From: an uncultured virus (IMG/VR IMGVR_UViG_3300030389_002306)
Lineage: Duplodnaviria > Heunggongvirae > Uroviricota > Caudoviricetes
IMG/VR virus record: IMGVR_UViG_3300030389_002306
Span: 44,743 to 64,742 of that record
Strand: one strand, 5' to 3'
Length of the DNA: 20,000 nt
Position 1 is the first letter of the stretch, and every line of letters starts with the position of its first letter. A program made the position numbers and the translations under genes. Below the pieces are notes generated by a model. That model was not told the origin of the DNA and ran no database searches. It worked only from the letters and a program-made list of their open reading frames with translations. Of the stretch, positions 9,348 to 15,266 are shown piece by piece.

Positions 9348-9712
9348 TAGTCATGCTGCATTCTGCCGCCTCCAGGATACATAGATCCTTTCTTCATCTT
9401 CATGCCATGTCCAGCTTTCTTCATTTTACCACCGTACATCATGGAATCTTTCATCTTACCGCCTTTCATCATCTTCTTCATCATTTTTCCACCGTACATA
9501 AAATCTTCGTCAGCTTTCATCATACCACCCATAGCCATAAAGCCCATTTTATTTCGTACATCTGTAGGCAATTTAGCTAGACCAGGATTGTCTTTTTTGT
9601 TTACTGGCTTTAGCTTTCCACCCATAGCCATTTGTTGCTTAGGCATGTTAGCGTTAGGCTTCTTTTTGAAGTGACCACCGCCAGGATACATTGATTTTTT
9701 TTTCTTTTTCAT
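9347..9712 (-). CDS. Lys/Met/Gly-rich low-complexity protein with repeated M-x(1-2)-GG motifs (121 aa)
   Basis: Seven GG motifs (MYPGG x2, MAMGG x2, MYGG x2, MKGG) around a LKPV...NPGLAKLPTDVRNKMGF segment; A-rich leader. Confidence 0.75.
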   Translation of the reverse strand: MKKKKKSMYPGGGHFKKKPNANMPKQQMAMGGKLKPVNKKDNPGLAKLPTDVRNKMGFMAMGGMMKADEDFMYGGKMMKKMMKGGKMKDSMMYGGKMKKAGHGMKMKKGSMYPGGGRMQHD

Positions 9713-9729
9713 TTTAATTAAAATTATTA

Positions 9730-10266
9730 TTACGTAATATTTTCTTGAATATCTTTTTTGTTTTCAAGAAATGATAACTTTTTATTCCCAACTATTTTCT
9801 GACGCTCTCCGCGTCTTTCGATTGCATCAACAAGAGTTTGTCTTGTCTTATATATTTTTTCGATCCCTATCATTATCTTTTGCAGTCCTTCTGCAGTATC
9901 TTCGTTTATGTGCATATTGTTCATATACTCAGTAAACTGACTGATCTTAGTATTAAAAGCAATTAGCTGCTCATCCAACGGATCAAACTGTAATTGCTTA
10001 TACTTATCTATAGCAGCTAAAATCTCTGGTCTTTTTTCACCATACCATTCATACTTGCCGTATAAGTCTCTACTAACAGCCTTTTTTCTTTCTGATTCAG
10101 TAAAATGTCTGTAAGGACTATCGTAATCACAGACTAGGGCTACCCACTTTAGTGCAACAGCCCCTAACTTATCAGCTTTTAATACGCTTACAAACTCAGG
10201 TACCCCCGTTACTCCATCATCCTGTTTGTATACGTCCCCCTGTCTATCTAACTTTAATAGATACAT
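9730..10266 (-). CDS. Putative terminase small subunit (crAss-like conserved gene upstream of TerL)
   Basis: Helical 178-aa protein with DYDSPY...ER...AIDKYKQLQ.DP pattern and C-terminal G.KKLSFLE; position upstream of TerL. Confidence 0.5.
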   Translation of the reverse strand: MYLLKLDRQGDVYKQDDGVTGVPEFVSVLKADKLGAVALKWVALVCDYDSPYRHFTESERKKAVSRDLYGKYEWYGEKRPEILAAIDKYKQLQFDPLDEQLIAFNTKISQFTEYMNNMHINEDTAEGLQKIMIGIEKIYKTRQTLVDAIERRGERQKIVGNKKLSFLENKKDIQENIT

Positions 10267-10270
10267 TGTA

Positions 10271-10278
10271 CAAAAATA
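10271..10278 (-). promoter_or_regulatory. -7 promoter element TATTTTTG
   Basis: TAnnTTTG in a 14-bp intergenic gap, 4 nt upstream of the ATG at 10266. Confidence 0.6.
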
Positions 10279-10280
10279 TA

Positions 10281-10562
10281 CTAATCTCCCCTATATTCCA
10301 AATCGTACTTAACCATCCAAATATATTCTGGACCATTAGGCTCTGTTATCCCTTTCCAATCAGCCATTCTTAAGTATCTATCGTTTTTCATATTGTATAT
10401 TTTTCTCTCTACAATAACAAAGTCCATATTAAATATTTCATTTATTAAATAAGACTCATCATCAAACAATAGATCTAATCCATTGTAATATTTTTCTAAT
10501 ACAAAGCTGTTTTCTGCAACAACAAACACCTTTCCAAATTCGTTTGAAAACTCTCCAATCAT
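10281..10562 (-). CDS. Hypothetical protein (93 aa)
   Basis: Co-oriented ORF with its own upstream TATATTTG. Confidence 0.65.
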   Translation of the reverse strand: MIGEFSNEFGKVFVVAENSFVLEKYYNGLDLLFDDESYLINEIFNMDFVIVERKIYNMKNDRYLRMADWKGITEPNGPEYIWMVKYDLEYRGD

Positions 10563-10567
10563 AGTTA

Positions 10568-10575
10568 CAAATATA
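10568..10575 (-). promoter_or_regulatory. -7 promoter element TATATTTG
   Basis: Exact match 5 nt upstream of the ATG at 10562. Confidence 0.62.
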
Positions 10576-10642
10576 TGGGGATAATAATTAATAAAGGGAG
10601 CGAAGCGACCGTTTTTTTTATACTAAAATCAAAAAGATTTTA

Positions 10643-11221
10643 TTATTTTATAAACATATCGTAGCCAGTCATAAATCTTCTCCTAGCCTTGTCTACAGAT
10701 CCATACTTTTTCGCTCCACCTTTATTATATTCTTTCATATAGTATTGAAATAAAGCTTCTGGATTGTTAGCAGGTAGAGCCTTAGGGGATAAGCCATATA
10801 TCTGTCTAGCTACAGCTACAGAAGCTAATGGATCGTCAGATTGTAATAAGCCGCTTAGACCAAGCATGTCTGACGGAAGCCCCATCTCTCTATATCTATC
10901 AGCATATTTCTGTCTAGTGTCTGTATCTCTTTCAAATATAGTATTAAAGGCATCATCATCTATAGACATAAAAGAACGAGTGTAATCTCTACCAAAAGCT
11001 GTAGTATCAGCCCCCATACTATTCTCCATATAGGAAGTCATAGTAAGTAAGTTTCTTAATGTTTGTTGAGATTCTGGAGCTTCATAAGATACCACTTCTT
11101 CTATAGCATCAAATATCTCATTTTGTGTGCTTCCTGGTCCGCTAAGCATACCCTGAACCATTTCAGACATGTACTTTCCTGCATCTTCTGGTGAATCTAT
11201 ATGATATGGATTATGTGGCAT
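10643..11221 (-). CDS. Putative lysozyme-like/lytic transglycosylase-fold peptidoglycan hydrolase
   Basis: Pattern LL.MT..(M)ENSMG...FMSID...DP...VAVAR.IY...P.ALP......YY.KEYN resembles a phage lysozyme-like family with a catalytic Glu. Start moved to 11221 (MPHNPY) because the track's extension lies over the promoter element. Confidence 0.55.
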   Translation of the reverse strand: MPHNPYHIDSPEDAGKYMSEMVQGMLSGPGSTQNEIFDAIEEVVSYEAPESQQTLRNLLTMTSYMENSMGADTTAFGRDYTRSFMSIDDDAFNTIFERDTDTRQKYADRYREMGLPSDMLGLSGLLQSDDPLASVAVARQIYGLSPKALPANNPEALFQYYMKEYNKGGAKKYGSVDKARRRFMTGYDMFIK

Positions 11222-11225
11222 AGTG

Positions 11226-11233
11226 CAAATGTA
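11226..11233 (-). promoter_or_regulatory. -7 promoter element TACATTTG
   Basis: TAnnTTTG 4 nt upstream of the ATG at 11221, at the head of the leftward arm. Confidence 0.62.
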
Positions 11234-11311
11234 CAAAAAATATGTGTAGTTGTAAGAAAGGGATACTTTCTGCTAATATACCCCCTGCCCTGTCCATATT
11301 TTTTATACCCC

Positions 11312-11327
11312 ACTAACCTATATTGGA
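11312..11327 (+). repeat. 16-bp direct repeat copy 1 (ACTAACCTATATTGGA), candidate early promoter
   Basis: Identical to 12039-12054; both copies are intergenic and lie 83-88 nt upstream of a plus-strand ATG. Confidence 0.8.
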
Positions 11328-11410
11328 CTATACGTCAGCATTTTTGCGTAATACCTGCACGCAAGCGTGCTGCTAACAACTAATCAAAGCAGGTTAATAC
11401 TTATATTATT

Positions 11411-11737
11411 ATGTCATTATTAAAATCATTAACAGGTTTAGCTAAAGCAACAGTACAATTAGCTAAAGAAGACAAGGAGTTCCGTAAAGAAGCTGCTATT
11501 GCTGTAGCAACATTCCCTATTTTTACTGCTCAAGTTACAATAAGTGCTATAGATGTAGCAGTAGGCGCTACTAAAAACGTAGCAAGAGCTGCTGGTAAAA
11601 TAGATGATATGTATAAAGATAGGTTTGAAGTAAAAAGTAAGTTCGATACCTATGTTGATAAGCAAATGCGTAACAACGAAGCAATGTCAGAGAACGTAAA
11701 GGTAGCTGAAGAGCTACTTAAAACTATGTCTCTATAA
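11411..11737 (+). CDS. Hypothetical protein (108 aa), first gene of the rightward arm
   Basis: ORF with AT-rich leader; Ala-rich hydrophobic middle segment. Confidence 0.75.
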   Translation: MSLLKSLTGLAKATVQLAKEDKEFRKEAAIAVATFPIFTAQVTISAIDVAVGATKNVARAAGKIDDMYKDRFEVKSKFDTYVDKQMRNNEAMSENVKVAEELLKTMSL

Positions 11738-11941
11738 TTTAATCTATTGATTATCAGTTACTTAAGCGGAAACACCTTGAAATTGTGCGCTATAGTGTTT
11801 AGATTATTTATTTAAGTAACTAAGTAAGTTGGACTTGAAGTCAGGTTGGTTTGTTATTGTTTCCTTTATAATAGTAACATTCCAATTTGGCCTCAAAGTT
11901 CGGCTTTTTTTTTAACAAAGTCAAATCAAAAATTAGAAATT

Positions 11942-12031
11942 ATGTCAACTTTTAGAAATATTAAAGTAAAGCGTCAAGTAAAAAAACAAAAAGCTAACGC
12001 TTATAGAAATATCAATGGTAAAAAATACTAA
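11942..12031 (+). CDS. Very small basic peptide (29 aa, MSTFRNIKVKRQVKKQKANAYRNINGKKY)
   Basis: ATG at 11942 after a typical A-rich leader (AAATCAAAAATTAGAAATT). The track's longer version uses a non-ATG start. Confidence 0.5.
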   Translation: MSTFRNIKVKRQVKKQKANAYRNINGKKY

Positions 12032-12038
12032 CACCATA

Positions 12039-12054
12039 ACTAACCTATATTGGA
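12039..12054 (+). repeat. 16-bp direct repeat copy 2 (ACTAACCTATATTGGA)
   Basis: Identical to 11312-11327. Confidence 0.8.
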
Positions 12055-12088
12055 TTTAAGCAGGGTTCGATTCCCTGCATAGGTTCTA
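12042..12088 (+). ncRNA. tRNA-like minihelix (T-arm plus acceptor-like stem, no D or anticodon arm)
   Basis: GCAGGG-TTCGATT-CCCTGC (12060-12078) stacked on AACCTAT (12042-48) / ATAGGTT (12079-85), followed by CTA. Confidence 0.45.
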
Positions 12089-12142
12089 ACCTCCCCAAAC
12101 ACGGTTCGGGCATCAACAATAGATGAATAGCGTGTAAATACT

Positions 12143-12595
12143 ATGAACTCAATGAAAGTTCGAAACTATTTGCTGAACGATAGAACAGCAATGGAAACTG
12201 AAGGTATAACTCTTGAATACCTAAAAGCTGCTACCAACGATAAAGAGTGGCACGAATTATTATTATCTGACAAGTATGACAAGCTACTTGAAGTATTAAA
12301 GGTTAATCCTTACGAAAGAGCCCATCAAGCATTTCGTAGAGAGTGGTCTCACGAAATTATCAAGCACGTTGATAAAGTAAACCTAAAGGTTACTATGCTT
12401 GACGGACGAACTCATAACACTATATACTTTGGTGGTAGCTTTCTAAAAATGCAGAAGTGGGTAGATAAGCTCAATTCTACATATAACAAGCGTAAGCGTC
12501 AGTTTATCAAAGAATATCTTGCACAGTTCAAGAAGAAACAAGTCAATAACTACCAGCTTGCTATGAACAAGCTTGGTGACTTTATCAAGAAGTAA
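12143..12595 (+). CDS. Hypothetical protein (150 aa)
   Basis: Clean ORF in the plus-strand array. Confidence 0.8.
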   Translation: MNSMKVRNYLLNDRTAMETEGITLEYLKAATNDKEWHELLLSDKYDKLLEVLKVNPYERAHQAFRREWSHEIIKHVDKVNLKVTMLDGRTHNTIYFGGSFLKMQKWVDKLNSTYNKRKRQFIKEYLAQFKKKQVNNYQLAMNKLGDFIKK

Positions 12596-12681
12596 TGTTT
12601 ACTTACATCTGGTTGGGCATAGTGGTGTTTTACTGCTATGCCCTTTATGATTATCATTATGGGAAAGACTGTAAAAGATAG
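12595..12681 (+). CDS. Possible 28-aa hydrophobic micro-protein (MFTYIWLGIVVFYCYALYDYHYGKDCKR)
   Basis: Starts at a TAATG overlap with the upstream stop; one TM-like segment then a basic tail. Below the track cutoff. Confidence 0.45.
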   Translation: MFTYIWLGIVVFYCYALYDYHYGKDCKR

Positions 12682-12967
12682 AGTGTACAATATACTTGTA
12701 AACGACACGGATAATAAATACCGTGATGACGACCAACGATTAGTTGCTCGAATAATATGGGAATGTATAGAGAACAAGAACATGTCTGCACAACAGCTGC
12801 TAGAAAATATGTTCTTGCATAAAATATATCCCAAACCCAAATCAATAGAACGCTGTTCGCGTGCATTGCAAAATGAATATCCTGGACTGCGTGGAAAAAA
12901 ATGGGTAGACAGACAAGCTAAGTCTGAAATAATAAGAACTAATATTACTAAAGCATTTGAATTATGA
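12659..12967 (+). CDS. Hypothetical phage protein (about 102 aa)
   Basis: SIERCSRALQNEYPGLRG pattern seen in small phage proteins. Start at 12659 preferred because the ATG at 12638 is inside a hairpin. Confidence 0.7.
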   Translation: MGKTVKDRVYNILVNDTDNKYRDDDQRLVARIIWECIENKNMSAQQLLENMFLHKIYPKPKSIERCSRALQNEYPGLRGKKWVDRQAKSEIIRTNITKAFEL

Positions 12968-13419
12968 ATAAAAAATCAGAAATATTTCCGTTAGGCGTTA
13001 GTTGGAAACAACACGTAGATAAACAACAATATTTATTCAGAAGGATAGAGTCACTTGAAACAAAAAATGTGGAATACCTTCAAGACTTGCGAGAATCTTA
13101 TCGTAGCACAGATAAATATATATCTGAAAACATCAAATTAAAAGATGAAATAAATGAATTGTTATTACGTAATGAAAAATTACGAGAAATATGTACATCA
13201 CTTGAGGTACAAATTGATGATATTAATACTATAGTAAAAAACGAGATGGGCTATCAAATAGACTCAGATGAGTTTAGTAAAGCTTTTGATAGACTACAAG
13301 AAAAAGGAGGGTTTCCATATGATGCTGCATCTAGACAAGCAGAGCTTGACAAAGAAAATGAACAAGCAGTTCGTAATGCAGAAGATCCTAATTATCCAAC
13401 TAGAGATGAACTTATATAA
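12964..13419 (+). CDS. Hypothetical coiled-coil protein (151 aa)
   Basis: ATGA overlap with the upstream gene; heptad-like middle region. Confidence 0.75.
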   Translation: MNKKSEIFPLGVSWKQHVDKQQYLFRRIESLETKNVEYLQDLRESYRSTDKYISENIKLKDEINELLLRNEKLREICTSLEVQIDDINTIVKNEMGYQIDSDEFSKAFDRLQEKGGFPYDAASRQAELDKENEQAVRNAEDPNYPTRDELI

Positions 13420-13434
13420 CTAATAAATAAAATT

Positions 13435-13635
13435 ATGAAAAATAGAAGCTTAATAGACGAAGGTATCGATGCAATATTCGACCTCGATCAAATAGTTAAA
13501 CACATAGATGAAAGGCTCGAAGAGCTACGCAAAGACATAGAAACCTATGTAGGCGACGTCTATGATCCTACGGTCATAGCTCGATATGACGAACTAACCC
13601 GAATCAAACATTTAATTAATAAACTAAATCAATAA
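13435..13635 (+). CDS. Hypothetical protein (66 aa)
   Basis: A-rich leader; tightly packed in the array. Confidence 0.7.
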   Translation: MKNRSLIDEGIDAIFDLDQIVKHIDERLEELRKDIETYVGDVYDPTVIARYDELTRIKHLINKLNQ

Positions 13636-13638
13636 ATT

Positions 13639-13863
13639 ATGAATATCATTTGGATGAGTGCAGCTAGCGCTGCTGGTTTTTACTTAATATTACGTAAAGT
13701 AATGTCAAGACAAACGTTTTTAAAAACAAACGTATTATGGGATGTGCTGCTTACGCTAGGACTACCACTATTATTCTTGGGTACATTCTCAGGTATGATT
13801 ACAGCTATCTTAACAGGGCTGATATTTACTATAGGCACAGGTTTGCTTAAAAAAATCCAATAA
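13639..13863 (+). CDS. Small membrane protein (74 aa, 2-3 TM segments)
   Basis: Hydrophobic stretches IIWMSAASAAGFYLIL and VLWDVLLTLGLPLLFLGTFSGMITAILTGLIFTIGTGLL. Confidence 0.75.
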   Translation: MNIIWMSAASAAGFYLILRKVMSRQTFLKTNVLWDVLLTLGLPLLFLGTFSGMITAILTGLIFTIGTGLLKKIQ

Positions 13864-13889
13864 TCTTTAATCAATAAAATTTTAATATT

Positions 13890-14252
13890 ATGAACTTAAT
13901 CAGAGGTAAATTTCAATCGTTTCAAAACAACGGTAAAACTAAAATCAACTGTCTAGTATCTTTAAAAGAACTAGAAAAAATGGCTGGTGGAACTGGCTAT
14001 GTAGCATTTACTATCATTCCACAGAATGAAGAGTTTATGCAAAACGCTGAACACATTAAAAAGTATGGTAATCACTATGCAATTAAAAACACTCAGTATA
14101 ATATTAAACTTGGATATGCTATGCAAAAAGCTAAAGAGCTTGCTGAGAAAACTATTATGGAGCCTGAGATTGCTGAAAAAGAAGCTGAAGCTACATTTTC
14201 GCAAGAACAGTTAGAAGACATATATGTTAATAATAAATATGACCATAGATAA
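13890..14252 (+). CDS. Hypothetical protein, possibly small ssDNA-binding/OB-like (120 aa)
   Basis: Beta-rich N-terminus with GYVAFTI...KKYGNHYAI and an acidic C-terminal tail. The function is a weak recollection only. Confidence 0.6.
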   Translation: MNLIRGKFQSFQNNGKTKINCLVSLKELEKMAGGTGYVAFTIIPQNEEFMQNAEHIKKYGNHYAIKNTQYNIKLGYAMQKAKELAEKTIMEPEIAEKEAEATFSQEQLEDIYVNNKYDHR

Positions 14253-14478
14253 TATGATAGATAATATGAAAAAGCAAAACGGTAGTATACACTACAACTA
14301 TTGCGATAAAGTAATTAGATCTTGTAAAACACAAGAACAATTAAACGATGCAAGAAATTTAGTAGATAATTTCTTGAAACTACACGGTGAAAAAAGTATG
14401 CATGAATGGATGCTTTTGATGAACCAACTACTTAACAGAGAAATGTTTTTGAACTATGCGTCAAAAGATTCTGAATAA
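14239..14478 (+). CDS. Hypothetical protein (about 79 aa)
   Basis: KVIRSCKTQEQL..A.NLV.NF pattern of small phage proteins; start uncertain. Confidence 0.7.
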   Translation: MTIDNMIDNMKKQNGSIHYNYCDKVIRSCKTQEQLNDARNLVDNFLKLHGEKSMHEWMLLMNQLLNREMFLNYASKDSE

Positions 14479-14605
14479 TCTTCGTAACATCCAACGTTCA
14501 GTAGAACAGTTTGATGAAAATAGATTTAAGCGCAACCTTGGTCATGCCAGGGTTGAACTTAAATATAGATATAATAAATTTATAGAAAAATTAAAAATTA
14601 AATAA
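14456..14605 (+). CDS. Small basic hypothetical protein (49 aa, MRQKILNNLRNIQRSVEQFDENRFKRNLGHARVELKYRYNKFIEKLKIK)
   Basis: Fills the gap between neighbours; below the track cutoff. Confidence 0.55.
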   Translation: MRQKILNNLRNIQRSVEQFDENRFKRNLGHARVELKYRYNKFIEKLKIK

Positions 14606-14637
14606 AATTGTATAGAAAAAGAAGAAAATTAAATAAT

Positions 14638-15033
14638 ATGGGACTAGATCACGGATTGATTGCCTACAAAGGCAGAAATAAAAAACAGATAGATTTTAAA
14701 TACAATCCATCTGAAGAAATAACTATAGTAACTTGGCGTAAACATCCATACCTGCACGGCTGGTTTGATGATTTGTACGAAGAAAAAGGCGGTAACGCCT
14801 ATGATAACGATAGTTTTGGTGGATTTAATGCTGGGCATAACTTAGAAGTTACACATGAAGATTTACTTGAACTACAAACCAGAGTACTAACAGGCACTTT
14901 GCAACCCAGAAGTGGTTTCTTTTGGGGTGATGATGCCTGTGAATACTATAAAGAACAAGATTTGGATGCTATTTATGAAGCTATGAACTACATAAAAGAT
15001 GGCTACAAAATCAAATATTGGGCTTGGTGGTAA
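14638..15033 (+). CDS. Conserved phage protein of the MGLD...WRK...HGWF...GFF.G family
   Basis: Begins MGLD at the ATG at 14638; motifs WRKHPYLHGWF, SGFFWG and terminal YWAWW. Function unknown. Confidence 0.8.
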   Translation: MGLDHGLIAYKGRNKKQIDFKYNPSEEITIVTWRKHPYLHGWFDDLYEEKGGNAYDNDSFGGFNAGHNLEVTHEDLLELQTRVLTGTLQPRSGFFWGDDACEYYKEQDLDAIYEAMNYIKDGYKIKYWAWW

Positions 15034-15266
15034 TGAGTTACGATAGATGGAAACTTTCTAATCCACAAGATGACGGCTGGACCTCTGACGAGGTTACCAG
15101 CTGTTGTGGTGCAGAAGAACGCGTAAAAGAAAATTTATGCGATGATAGACAAATATTCTATTGCAACGAATGCGGTGAAGATAATAACTGGTATGAGTTA
15201 ATAGAAAGATGGGAATATGATGAGCGCAAACGAGAGGACGCGCAAGAATATAATAAAGATGAATGA
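15033..15266 (+). CDS. Small putative zinc-binding protein (77 aa)
   Basis: TAATG-coupled start at 15033; SCCGA...CNECG. Confidence 0.7.
   Translation: MSYDRWKLSNPQDDGWTSDEVTSCCGAEERVKENLCDDRQIFYCNECGEDNNWYELIERWEYDERKREDAQEYNKDE

Noticed and set aside
929..11383. Plus-strand ORFs in the left arm (929, 1251, 2377, 3816, 7860, 8565, 9353, 9402, 10152, 10764, 11201) and the nested minus ORF 3898-4095
   Set aside because: Antisense or alternate-frame shadows of well-supported genes, with compositions mirroring the real frame; 11201-11383 also runs across the regulatory switch region.
11334..11396. Assignment to SAM-II/SAM-V or preQ1 riboswitch
   Set aside because: Pseudoknot topology is loosely similar but I could not place the conserved ligand-binding nucleotides; needs an Infernal search.
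11312..12054. CRISPR mini-array or att sites from the 16-bp repeat
   Set aside because: Only two copies 727 bp apart, too short for CRISPR repeats; no cas or integrase gene in the window.
12042..12088. Bona fide tRNA gene
   Set aside because: Only about 11 nt between the acceptor-like strand and the T-arm; no D or anticodon arm. Kept as a tRNA-like element.
13639..13863. Holin
   Set aside because: Membrane protein, but in the early-type arm, away from and opposite to the putative lysin; no further support.
14638..15033. Phosphoglycerate kinase label sometimes attached to this family
   Set aside because: Far too short and lacks any PGK motif.
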